The notes beneath the pieces are model-generated. The model saw nothing but the letters and a program-made list of their open reading frames with translations. It was not told the origin of the DNA and did no database searches. From Octopus bimaculoides (Eukaryota), in contig NC_068982.1 of assembly GCF_001194135.2 (NCBI RefSeq), forward strand, positions 156,640,814-156,704,813: a DNA stretch of 64,000 nt. The letters are read 5' to 3'. Below, piece after piece: positions 11,193-23,833 of the stretch; position 1 is the first letter of the stretch; each line of letters starts with the position of its first letter. A program made the translations under genes and the position numbers.

Positions 11193-11535
11193 CAGTGGTA
11201 CCCGGGGTCTATATGGCCCCTGAGCACCTATATAAGATTTTGGGGGGTTCACGTAACAAAACAGCTAATTAGTGATCCACAGTAGTATTTTAAGGGCCTC
11301 TGAAAAAAAAAAAATTGCCTATACTGGTACCTATTGTAAGAAACGACTAGGTTTCTTTCTTTAGCATTTCACATAGTTCAGCTTACACAAATGAATGTGT
11401 GAAAAACAACATAGGAATTTTGAAAGAAGCTTTTATAAAACTAGTTTTTAAACATCGGATGGCTACGGGGTCCACCCGAATAAAATAGTAATCAAAAGGG
11501 TTCATAGATTTAAAAAATGGTCGAGAATACCTCTG
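11193..11535. mobile_element. hAT-type MITE, decayed
   Basis: Ends CAGTGGTA... and ...ggtcgagaatacctCTG with repeated subterminal ggggtcca(c/t)-like motifs, the pattern of CAGTGGTTCTCAA-type hAT MITEs. No clean 8-bp TSD seen. Confidence 0.6.
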
Positions 11536-11934
11536 CTAAAGCAGATCTATGACTAAAAGAGTTCTCCAAATGATTATCCTACTTTTCATTAAAGGTAGTG
11601 TCTGTAAGATAGTACGATGCAAGTTGCTGGAGATTTGCTTGCTATGTTTAGGTTCTGCGACAGTAGATAGGCCCAATCGTTCGCTCGTGTTATAAACCAT
11701 TTTATACAAAATGCCTGGCGTAATTTAATTGGATCATGCTAGTTTCCAACTAACACAGACTCATTGTTCTTCTCTTTAAGATCTAGCAGAACATATTCTA
11801 CATGGGCAGTTGATATTAAGATTTCCTTGCTCAAAGAAAAATACAAAAGAATCAACTGCACGAAAGAACTGTAAGCTAGCGATCTTGTCTCTCTCCCTTC
11901 TCTCACTTTCTTTCTATCCTACCCCTCTCACTCA

Positions 11935-11984
<50 letters not shown>

Positions 11985-12001
11985 TTATCAGTCTATCTGT
12001 A

Positions 12002-12034
<33 letters not shown>

Positions 12035-12279
12035 TGTCTGTCTGTCTGTCTCTCTCTCTCACTATCCCCTTCTCTCTCCCTCTCTCTCTCTACACACACA
12101 TATATATGTTTGAATATGTACATATATGTTTATATATGTATGTATATATATGCGTGTGTGTGTGTATACATATCTATATGTATATGTCTATATATGTATA
12201 TATACATACACACACACACACACACATACACACATATAGACATATACAAGTGACTATTTTTATGTCTCTTTCTCTCTCT

Positions 12280-12310
<31 letters not shown>

Positions 12311-12558
12311 CGCTCTCTCACTTGCTATCCATCTTTCTTGATAAGTACCATAGTAGTCTGAAGTTAACTTATACTTCCTTACGCATATTTCTAGTTAAGC
12401 ACAAAGACAAATTTTGAAATTTTCTTGTTCTAATCGCTGACCTTTAACTCCAGCTCTTTTACGAACTGTCTTCTTCTAGCTGTGACAATACCAACATACT
12501 CCCAGACCATATATTCAAAACTATAATACTAAACAACTATAATATTTAACACACTTTT

Positions 12559-12768
12559 AAGGTTGCGAACCGGCAGAATGATTAGCACATGTGGCAAAAT
12601 GCTTAGCGAAGTTTCTTCTGCTTTTACGTTCTGAGTTCAAGTCGGCTTTGCCTTTTATTCTCTAGGGGTCGATAAAATCTTCTTTGAACACTGGGGTCGA
12701 TTAATCGTCTTACACCCCCCCCCAAAAAAAAATTGCTGGCTTTGTGTCAAAATTTGAAGCCAATATTT
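12559..12768 (+). mobile_element. SINE family A, near full length
   Basis: tRNA-like head (ccggcagaatgattagca, A-box-like), B-box gagttcaagtc at 12633-12643, central ctttgcctttt...ggggtcgataaa, tail ggctttgtgtcaaaatttgaa. Confidence 0.88.
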
Positions 12769-13187
12769 ACCATGCTTTGAGTTCTACGATCGTAAAGTGC
12801 ACTTTCTAAGTCATTTAGCTATATTTCTAGCAGGGAAGTTGACCATACATTGGTTGCATTGACTGGTATGCTTGTTGTGTGTGATATTCAGTGTATTTAC
12901 ACACACAAACACACACACACACACACACGTATAAGTGTATGATTGTATAAACGTTACGTTCGTGTATACGTGCGTTCGTGAATATTCGTCAATATGTGAG
13001 CGTGCTATGTGAGTGGGTGTGTCAGTTTATGTCACCGAGTGCATAAGCGCGTCTGTGTGTATACGTGTGGGATCATATGAGTGTACATGCATGTGTATGT
13101 AACTCCATATATATATATTTATCAATATAAGTGAATACACAGCATACATGCCATGTACACATAGACATGAACAATGGTATACTTACA

Positions 13188-13225
<38 letters not shown>

Positions 13226-14586
13226 CATGCACAAAAGGCACACAAACACGCTCAAAGGGAACACACACACACACGCGCACACACACAGAAATTAATATAT
13301 ATGCCCGCTTGAAAACACTTTCACACATGCAAGGGCAGTCCATGGAAAATATTTGAAGATCATGTGTGTAAATGAGAGAACAAGGAGGATGACAGCACCT
13401 TCCAAGCAGTTTAAAATCGATACACATACAGGAACAAGTATACATGCAAGCACACGCGCACAACACCATTCTATCATGAATACCATCATACATACGCTCA
13501 TAAATATATAGCCACGTATACTTACAGCTACAGACACACTGTTTATTTATACGTGTATTTACATAAATGTATAAATGTCTACGTATATGTTAGTTTATGA
13601 ACACGAGTATAGAAACAGTTGTGTGTATAGATGCCTGCATATGCATATGAATACATATATATATATATATATGTATATATAGCGCTCAAATATTACACAT
13701 ATATGCATATATCTGTATACAAAAAGTACATCATATGCATGTGTATATGCATATATATGTATTTATGTATGCATACATACATAATACATGCATATGTGCG
13801 TGAATATACATGTGTGTGTATATATATACATACGCACACACACATATATTCTCGCACATCTGCCAGAGGATAAACAAAACTACATAAATACACTCACACA
13901 CACACACATATACACACACATATACACACACATACTCGCACAAACACACTCTCATGCACATATATGTATTTATATACACATGTATATATTCATACATGAT
14001 TTGCAGATAAAAGAAATGGAGAAGGTTATTATTGGTAAATGCAGGAAAGAATAGAAGACGAAAATAATAGGTTTGTTGAAATAGTAAAAGAATAGAGAAA
14101 AATGAAAATGATTTTTCAAAGATGACATAAATTGATTTATTATTTTTTTTTTTCTCTTTCTTGAATTAAACTGCACGAAACGTTTTGATATATTTAAAAA
14201 TTTTAACAGTGTATGCAAATAACAGAGCTAATATTTCATTGCAATTAATATTACACATGCATAGAAAAACAGATGCAGGCAAAGACACACAGACATTGAC
14301 AAGACTCACAAACAGGCATCCATGTACGTAAATGCTCTCTCTAACTTTTAAAACACGCACTTGCATATGAATATATGAAATGCGGTGACCTACGTAGATG
14401 CATACGCATGTGAATACATTCACACACATACACGCATGCACACACACACGCATGCACACACACACACAACCGATATATTATATATGTGTGTGTGTGCATG
14501 TATGTGCGTGAGTGTGTGTAATATCTAAACGTAAATCATCATAGTTACATATGGATCTATAAATGTATATATATATGCATGTAAGT

Positions 14587-14617
<31 letters not shown>

Positions 14618-14786
14618 GTCTGTCTGTATGTCTGTCTATCTGTCTGTCTGTCTGTCTGTCTTTTTTTTCGATCCCTTTTGATCGAACTCCCCCTTTTTTT
14701 CTTTCTCTCCTTCCCCCTCCCAAAAAGAAAAGCTCTACATTGTATTTGTCTCCTCTGTGTAAAGCCCTGTGTGGCTAATAAAAGAA

Positions 14787-14854
<68 letters not shown>

Positions 14855-17006
14855 GTTTATATGTTGATCTATTTCAGAAAGGATTCAGCCTTGGTCTCTC
14901 ACCTCCCACCCCATGCCAATCACTATCTCTCACTCTTTTCCTCTTTGCGTAGTCGTATAACAATATACAAATAGTTGCATATATAAATATATATATATAT
15001 ATATATAAAATAAGTATGCGTACAATTCTATACTCAAGATCAAGTTGACCCAGCTTTGAGTAGATTGTCATACCCTCAATGAATATTTCGCTATTATTTT
15101 TAAACGTCGTCTAAAATAAGCTTCCAGTAACATATGCATATATACGTCTATATGGATGCACATATATATTTATGCAATACATTATATATGTAAATATTAA
15201 AAATATATATATACATATATATGTTTGTGTGTGTCCTTGTGAGTGTGAGTATGTATGAATACATCTATACATTCTGAGTTATATAGATAATGTGTCTGCA
15301 AGCCAAAAGTCTTCTCAATGTGTCTGAAAGCAGATTTTGTAACTTTACATCATGAAGTTTTCTTACAACTCCCAAGATTTTTATCTGAACGGCTGCAAAG
15401 CCATTTCTCGATTAATAAATTTATACATATATCTATATAAATGTTTGTGTGTGTGTGTGTGGGGGGGGTATATAGATATATATATATAATATATATATAC
15501 ATATATATACATAGGCATACATATATATAATTACATATATATGTATGCGTATATACATATATATCAGATGTAAATGTATATATATCTATGTATATATGAA
15601 GTGAAATATATATATATATATATATACAAGAAATGAGGGCAGGGAATCGTCAATTAATAATAGAATTAACAATTAACAATTTTGCCAAGTAGTTCAGTAT
15701 GAAATAAACCTTTATCGTACCCAATTAACTNNNNNNNNNNNNNNNNNNNNNNNNNNNNNNNNNNNNNNNNNNNNNNNNNNNNNNNNNNNNNNNNNNNNNN
15801 NNNNNNNNNNNNNNNNNNNNNNNNNNNNNNNNNNNNNNNNNNNNNNNNNNNNNNNNNNNNNNNNNNNNNNNNNNNNNNNNNNNNNNNNNNNNNNNNNNNN
15901 NNNNNNNNNNNNNNNNNNNNNNNNNNNNNNNNNNNNNNNNNNNNNNNNNNNNNNNNNNNNNNNNNNNNNNNNNNNNNNNNNNNNNNNNNNNNNNNNNNNN
16001 NNNNNNNNNNNNNNNNNNNNNNNNNNNNNNNNNNNNNNNNNNNNNNNNNNNNNNNNNNNNNNNNNNNNNNNNNNNNNNNNNNNNNNNNNNNNNNNNNNNN
16101 NNNNNNNNNNNNNNNNNNNNNNNNNNNNNNNNNNNNNNNNNNNNNNNNNNNNNNNNNNNNNNNNNNNNNNNNNNNNNNNNNNNNNNNNNNNNNNNNNNNN
16201 NNNNNNNNNNNNNNNNNNNNNNNNNNNNNNNNNNNNNNNNNNNNNNNNNNNNNNNNNNNNNNNNNNNNNNNNNNNNNNNNNNNNNNNNNNNNNNNNNNNN
16301 NNNNNNNNNNNNNNNNNNNNNNNNNNNNNNNNNNNNNNNNNNNNNNNNNNNNNNNNNNNNNNNNNNNNNNNNNNNNNNNNNNNNNNNNNNNNNNNNNNNN
16401 NNNNNNNNNNNNNNNNNNNNNNNNNNNNNNNNNNNNNNNNNNNNNNNNNNNNNNNNNNNNNNNNNNNNNNNNNNNNNNNNNNNNNNNNNNNNNNNNNNNN
16501 NNNNNNNNNNNNNNNNNNNNNNNNNNNNNNNNNNNNNNNNNNNNNNNNNNNNNNNNNNNNNNNNNNNNNNNNNNNNNNNNNNNNNNNNNNNNNNNNNNNN
16601 NNNNNNNNNNNNNNNNNNNNNNNNNNNNNNNNNNNNNNNNNNTATATATATATATATATATATAATTATATAGATATATATATATATGATTGCATGTATA
16701 TGCGTGTATGGGTGCGTGTGTGTATGTGTGAATATAAATGTATGTGCGTTTGTTTGTGTATGTGAAATCTTACGAATCTATTACATACGGCGGCAGTATG
16801 ACATGTGGACGATTATACGATTATATGAGTTTTAAAATATATAATACTCATATAAGACAAACTCTCTGCTGAATATATATGTTCACTTTGATGAAGACAC
16901 TCTCTAATTCAATTGCTGTCATAATGTGTATACGAATATATGTGCATCCGCAACATTCGTATGTGTGGGTGTGTATGTGTATACGTGTGATTGGTTGTGT
17001 GTAGGA

Positions 17007-17049
<43 letters not shown>

Positions 17050-17300
17050 TATATTTTTGCGTGTGGTTTATATAAGCTTGTATATGTTTGCTTGTATGGT
17101 GTGTTTGCTTGACGATAAATGGCGTTATTTTATTGCCATTCTCAAGTTGTTATTTCTTGATTTGAATTCTCTGTCTTTTGTTTTACATTATTTCATATTC
17201 ATAAGAGGGTGGGGATGCGGAAGTTGTTGTCACTGCGTAGGCGAAGCGCTTTGTTTTGTAGATGTCTCTATGTGTGTGTGTATGTATATCTATATATATG

Positions 17301-17354
<54 letters not shown>

Positions 17355-18084
17355 ATGAAGACGAAGTGGGAGAGCTACTGTGACATAGAGGCATATTGAC
17401 GGACATTTTTCATTTGTTCCCTGGTCTCTCAATTCTTGATGAACTGTAGTGCGACCAACGTCCGTTAATGTTATTTAATGTTAAATGAAACAGTCATTTG
17501 TGGGGGATGTATATATTTCTTCCAGTATGTGATCCGCTTTATCTAAGTAGTCACCTAAGCCATTATGTTCTAGCAAACGCAAAGAATCAGGTTTCATCTC
17601 TATATTTGAATGAAAACCTGTTTTATAGCTGAAATAAACATCAGAGATGCTTTACTTCATGCAGATACTACAGGAGATATTTCAAGGCAAAGCAAGCTCT
17701 TCTTCCGATGTTGACTAAAGCCATCGCTTTTTGGAAACCTTTCTGTATCTTCAGCAAGTATCTCATGGTTACAAGCATTTCGCTCTTTAGCCTGAGTGAA
17801 GCAGTGAAGACTGAATTATTCTTTACCTGCAGGAGGATTTTGTCTGCGGTCTTTTTGTCAACCACAACCACAACCACAACCAGTTTTTTTCAGCTGCCAT
17901 GGCTATCTCCTTTGTGAGTTTCATCTGTTGTATAGGTTCGAAACCAATCTTCTTCTGAGAATAGAACATCGAATTTATTGGGAAACTGCGGCAGCTGATT
18001 TTAATAGGGAATGAGTCTGCATGTCATCCTTTGACAAGGGCCTCACCAATAAAGTTCTGATATTTGACTGTCATCACTTTCTTT

Positions 18085-18294
18085 TAAAATTTAGACCACT
18101 GCCATGCTGGGGCACTGCCTTGCAGAATCTTTAGTCGAACGAATAGACTCCAGTTCTTATTTTTGTTAAAAGCTAGGTACTTATTCTATCGGTCCCTTTT
18201 TGCCGAGCCGGAGACTTAAACAAAGAACATCGGTTGTCAAGTGGTGGGTGGACAAAGACAGACGCAAAGACACACGCAACCACACACACACACA

Positions 18295-18346
<52 letters not shown>

Positions 18347-18430
18347 ACAGGCTTCACAAGGTTTCGGTCGGCCCCTGAGTAGTAGGAGATACTTGCCCGA
18401 AGCAAACTTTTTGCCACACAGCCACACCTG
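18085..18430 (-). mobile_element. SINE family D, decayed, with internal (GT)n tract
   Basis: Reverse complement of the family D blocks ggcagtgccccagcatgg, accgatagaataagtac, cttgacaaccgatg, ccgaccgaaaccttgtga and gggcaagtatct. Confidence 0.8.
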
Positions 18431-18756
18431 TGCCTATATAGCGAGAAATGTGAAACCAGTCATACCAAAACACTGTGAGATCAGCTACGATGATTGTTTT
18501 TGCACGCTTGATAGAAGGAACCTGCCTGATCGGAGCGATAGTACTATCATCTCTTCTGGAAAGATGAACCTACAGTTCAGATCCATTTACAGCCTTTAGT
18601 CTGAGGCTTGACGCAAAATAGAAAACGGTTCTCCACAGCTGCCTTTGGAGATTTATCACTTTTTCTTAGAAATTTAATACCTTGGTCCGTTCACTTGGCA
18701 ATTTCCATAGAATCTCGTCGTGCCACCGTTTGTATTAGCCTTCTCCTCATACATAC

Positions 18757-19360
18757 ATTGGTTGCAAATTTTGGTACACGGCCAGAAATTTCGGTGGAGG
18801 GGGCAAGTCGATTACATCAACCCCAGTGCTCACCTGGTATTTATTTTATCGACCCCAATAGGATGGAAAACAAAATAAACCACGGCGGAATTTAACTTGG
18901 AACGTAATGACGGACGAAATGCCGCTAATAATTTTTGCCAGGTGCTAATGGTTCTGCCAGTTTATCTCCTTATGTATTATATTATGTTGGCTTCAAATTT
19001 TGGCACAAGCCCAGAAATTTTGGGGGAGGGGGTAAGTCAATTAAATCGACCCAGTGCTCAAACAGTAATTGTTTTATCGTCCCTGAAAACATGAAATGCA
19101 AAGTCGACGCCAGCTGAATTTCAACACAGTAAATGAAGACGGGCGAAATACAGCTAAGCAATTTTTTTCTACTCTAGACACAAAGCCCGACATTTTTGGG
19201 GAGGGGTCAATCGATTAGATCGACTCCAGTAAGCAACTGGTACTTAATTTATCGACCTGTAAAGTCGACCTCGGCAGAATTTGAACTCAGAACGTAAAGA
19301 CAGACGAAATATCGCTAAGCATTTCGCCCGGCGTACTAACGATTCTGGCAGCCCTCCGCA
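18757..19360 (-). mobile_element. SINE family A, three head-to-tail copies
   Basis: Units at about 18757-18963, 18985-19165 and 19166-19360, each with gtcgatt..atcgac, ttatcgacc, gtcgac...gaattt.aac and gctaagca blocks. Confidence 0.9.
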
Positions 19361-19381
19361 TCTATCTATCTATCTATCTAC

Positions 19382-19474
<93 letters not shown>

Positions 19475-19849
19475 ACACGCATGCATATATTAGTGTTGGC
19501 ACTAACGGCAACGTCACCACAAATTCAACAACTCGAAAACAAAACGTAGCTTGGGCTCTATATGGCAGTTCAATGTGCTTGAAGAAGCAGCCAAATCTCA
19601 CTCAAATCATATCCTACTTTATTAAAAAAATGAACATTTCGGATAACATGGTACTATATACATACACATGATGGCCATAATTGGGATAGCATTGGTCATA
19701 AGTTTGCACGGTCACGGCTGGCTTAGGGTTAAATACCAACAATAATACCATTATATACAGTGCCATTAACAGAAGCATCAACCACGTCAGCCACGCCTTC
19801 TTTTCTGCAATGCTCATATCACGAGATCTATGATTGTTAAGACTGCTCC

Positions 19850-20500
19850 GACTACTGCCATTACGACCACTACCACACCATCACCGCCGCGGCCGCCGCT
19901 GCCATCATCGCTTCCACCACTGCGTAAACACATCTACCACTGTTACCACCGCCTCCGCCAATAATACTGTCATCATCTCCCACAACTCCCATCGCTACAA
20001 GCACCACCATCACCACCACCACTAGCAAAACTAAACTACTGTGGAGGCAGCGGCGGCGGCGGTGGCGGTCACCACCCCCAACAGTGCTCCATAATCTGTC
20101 ATTACATTTCCAGCATTGACCCATCACCGCGCCACCACGACCACTACAACTACTACCACTGCCACCGTCTCAACTACCACCGCCACAACCACCACTGTAC
20201 CCGCCCCGACCCCATATCCGCCTAATATCCCGCATACCTTGATGACATTTAACGCAGCTACGACGACTATTAACCCGGCACCACCACCACCACCACAAAC
20301 ATCACCGTGACCAATAGAAACCCCCAACCACGAAACACTAGGCTTACCACTACCACCACAACTACCTCCCTACATTTGCGCTTCACCTACAAGCACCACA
20401 GCTACCAAAACTACCACCCCCACCACCCCACTACCACCGTCACCGTCGCCGTCGCCGCCGCCAGTAACGTCACCACGACCACCTACCTCTACAACAACCT
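19850..20500. repeat. Cryptic (ACC/CAC/GCC)-rich low-complexity tract
   Basis: Degenerate trinucleotide repeats; explains poly-T/H/V ORFs on both strands. Confidence 0.9.
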
Positions 20501-21894
20501 AAACGCACACATCATATACAGCTGCAGTATCCAGCCATGCCGAATTAGAATTTTAAATAAAATGGTAATATTAATAATATAGCAACAAAAACAAAAACAA
20601 CAACAACGACAACGACAATTATGTATTCTGATCTTGTATGGTGATGGTGCACGTTTGTTTTGGCTGATGTTGTAACTATTATTGTAAATATTGTTGTTGC
20701 TGTTTTTGTTATTGTTGTTGTTGTTATTGTCGTTGTTTGTCGTTGTTGTCGCCTTTGTCAGTTTTGGTGTTGACATTTCACCTTATTATCCAGTGGAGAG
20801 AAAGACATACAAAATAGAAAAAAACCCCCCAAAAAAAACATACTTAATAAAAAACATATATAATNNNNNNNNNNNNNNNNNNNNNNNNNNNNNNNNNNNN
20901 NNNNNNNNNNNNNNNNNNNNNNNNNNNNNNNNNNNNNNNNNNNNNNNNNNNNNNNNNNNNNNNNNNNNNNNNNNNNNNNNNNNNNNNNNNNNNNNNNNNN
21001 NNNNNNNNNNNNNNNNNNNNNNNNNNNNNNNNNNNNNNNNNNNNNNNNNNNNNNNNNNNNNNNNNNNNNNNNNNNNNNNNNNNNNNNNNNNNNNNNNNNN
21101 NNNNNNNNNNNNNNNNNNNNNNNNNNNNNNNNNNNNNNNNNNNNNNNNNNNNNNNNNNNNNNNNNNNNNNNNNNNNNNNNNNNNNNNNNNNNNNNNNNNN
21201 NNNNNNNNNNNNNNNNNNNNNNNNNNNNNNNNNNNNNNNNNNNNNNNNNNNNNNNNNNNNNNNNNNNNNNNNNNNNNNNNNNNNNNNNNNNNNNNNNNNN
21301 NNNNNNNNNNNNNNNNNNNNNNNNNNNNNNNNNNNNNNNNNNNNNNNNNNNNNNNNNNNNNNNNNNNNNNNNNNNNNNNNNNNNNNNNNNNNNNNNNNNN
21401 NNNNNNNNNNNNNNNNNNNNNNNNNNNNNNNNNNNNNNNNNNNNNNNNNNNNNNNNNNNNNNNNNNNNNNNNNNNNNNNNNNNNNNNNNNNNNNNNNNNN
21501 NNNNNNNNNNNNNNNNNNNNNNNNNNNNNNNNNNNNNNNNNNNNNNNNNNNNNNNNNNNNNNNNNNNNNNNNNNNNNNNNNNNNNNNNNNNNNNNNNNNN
21601 NNNNNNNNNNNNNNNNNNNNNNNNNNNNNNNNNNNNNNNNNNNNNNNNNNNNNNNNNNNNNNNNNNNNNNNNNNNNNNNNNNNNNNNNNNNNNNNNNNNN
21701 NNNNNNNNNNNNNNNNNNNNNNNNNNNNNNNNNNNNNNNNNNNNNNNNNNNNNNNNNNNNNNNNNNNNNNNNNNNNNNNNNNNNNNNNNNNNNNNNNNNN
21801 NNNNNNNNNNNNNNNNNNNNNNNNNNNNNNNNNNNNNNNNNNNNNNNNNNNNNNNNNCAATATAAAGGATCAAATATATAAATATATAAATATA

Positions 21895-22185
21895 AATATA
21901 TATATATAAAGGCGACTCGAGTTTCAGGGCTATTTCCCTTCGTCATGGCCGGTATGACAGACTTTAACAAATAATAAATGAGTATATGCATATATACGTA
22001 CAGGTATGTGCATACCTACGTCTACCTGTATATATAGGTGCATATCTGGGTACAGGACATTGCAAACAAAACGTAGACAAGAAAATAATAATAACCAGAG
22101 TACAGAAAACACACAAGCCACATAGAGAACATTTTCCTTCATCAGCTACCCCCGTTTTAACACCGGCGTACATGCATCTCATTAA
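21895..22185 (-). mobile_element. Dispersed repeat family E (Penelope pseudo-LTR / retrozyme-like), copy carrying a hammerhead motif
   Basis: Shares gctgatgaagg.aatgtt.tctatgtgg...gtcctgtacccagatatgca.ctatatatac...tatatgcatatactca with 25602-25800(+) and 54150-54351(+). Confidence 0.7.
21911..21950 (-). ncRNA. Minimal type I hammerhead-ribozyme motif with one core defect
   Basis: Minus strand reads GGC-C-[A]UGACGA-AGGG-aaauag-CCCU-GAAAC-UCGA-GUC^GCC: stem II 4 bp, GAAAC, palindromic UCGA stem III loop, GUC cleavage triplet, stem I GGC/GCC. An extra A sits between C3 and U4. Confidence 0.7.
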
Positions 22186-22339
22186 AAAATATCTCTCAAT
22201 CTCTGTCCCTCTCTTTACACATCTATCAATTCAGTTGCTACTTAAGATAGATATAGAAGAATGAGAGAATGCATTCATGTGTGTAATACGTCCGCGGCAC
22301 ACATCACTCTAGCTGAACACTTCAATTTATATAATAATA

Positions 22340-22533
22340 ATTGTTTCTAATTTTAGCACAAGGCCAGTAATTTCAGATTCGAGTGTCCAATGGTACTTAT
22401 TTTATTGCCCCCTGAAAGGGATAAAAAGTGAAGTCGACCCCAACGGAATTTGAACTTCAGAATGTAAAGATGAAAGAAATACCGCTAAGCATTTTGTCCA
22501 TCGTGATTACGATTCTGCCAGCTTGCAGCCTTA
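22340..22533 (-). mobile_element. SINE family A copy
   Basis: agcacaaggccag...gtcgaccccaacggaatttgaact...ccgctaagcatt...acgattctgccagcttgcagcctt. Confidence 0.88.
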
Positions 22534-23773
22534 ATAATTTTCAGCAATTCGGCTGTAAATGATGAAGCCTGCCACTGGCTGCCATCCTGTTCAGAGGGAA
22601 CGTTGTGATCTCGGTCACTTACACGCCATGAAAACCGAGTAACAGGACCTAGGACTCGAGACAGCTTTTATCTACATATGTTCTCGTATTTCTTACTGAG
22701 ACGATCTTGAGATTTAGTGGAAGGAGTTAGTTGATGCTCTCAACTCCATTTCTTGTCTGGTACATTATTTTATCGTCCCAAGACGATGATAACGCAAACA
22801 TGAATATGAAGAGGCGGAGCATATACCGCAATGCCTTATGAACTCAACAAATCCATCGTCCATAGAATAGTGCTTTACGTTTTGATTCCAGATGGAAGAA
22901 AGGCAAACTGATAGTTGCAGAAATTCATTTAAGAATGTACAGAGCTGGAAAAAGTACCATTTTACATTTTGTCCGATGCACCAACTTTTCTGCTAGCTCC
23001 AGTTAACGATGGACCATGAATGGTATCTCCAACAAGTTACAGCCAAGTTCCCTCGAGTCATCCCTCAACTGATTTAAACACGGTAGGATCCGTTGCGTGA
23101 CCAACTTTGATCAAAGGTATGCTCACTTCGACTCCACTGGTATTTAACAATGTCAACATCAGAAAACACAGACGCCTCTGCGTAGTCGATAGACTCGTTA
23201 GATATAGTCGTTAGCTCCAAATCATACCTTACCGTCTGTAAAAAGCACAAATGCACGAGAGAAAAGTCGAGATGGTCGTGCTTACAACACTTTCGATTGT
23301 AAGTTTTCTCACTTAGGGCTGACCTGGAGATAAGTAACAGAAAGAATAGAAGGTGTTTGTGGCATTAGACCATTTTTACATCAAGAAAATACATCGATCG
23401 ATATAAATTTCTCTATTTTAGACGGCAGGGTGCTGTTCGAAGGAGACTAAACTGCTATTTCAAGCAAGTCGAGCGACCACATAGGAATATATATTCTCTC
23501 GTTGGCTCACGTTCTGCATAGGACCCCCACGTTGTGGACGGTATGTTTAGTTTTAGCTGCAGTCAGAATCGGGCAGCTCTGATTGGACGACTTGGTTGGC
23601 AAGCATCGCTTCACAATGTTCCTGTCAAATAAATAGACTGACTGTTCAATTGTGTCCATTGTAAAAAGCATTCTGATTGTAGGGAGAGATAATATGACTG
23701 GCCACTCGCTGATGGCTGATATGACTGTTCTGTCAGTCGCACTGACTATAAACACAACACGCGCGCACACACA

Positions 23774-23833
<60 letters not shown>

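Noticed and set aside
12559-12650. tRNA genes at A/B-box-containing heads (also 26568 and 35553)
   Set aside because: No full cloverleaf; the heads continue into multi-copy SINE bodies.
16885-16925. TTTGATGA-AGACA...TGTC, and a similar ATGAG-GGAC...GTC at about 59665-59695, as extra hammerheads
   Set aside because: No GAAA or NUH element in register; too degenerate to separate from chance.
19834-20582. His/Thr/Pro-rich ORFs resembling mucin or His-rich proteins
   Set aside because: Cryptic ACC/CAC repeats are open on both strands and in several frames, with no splice or homology support.
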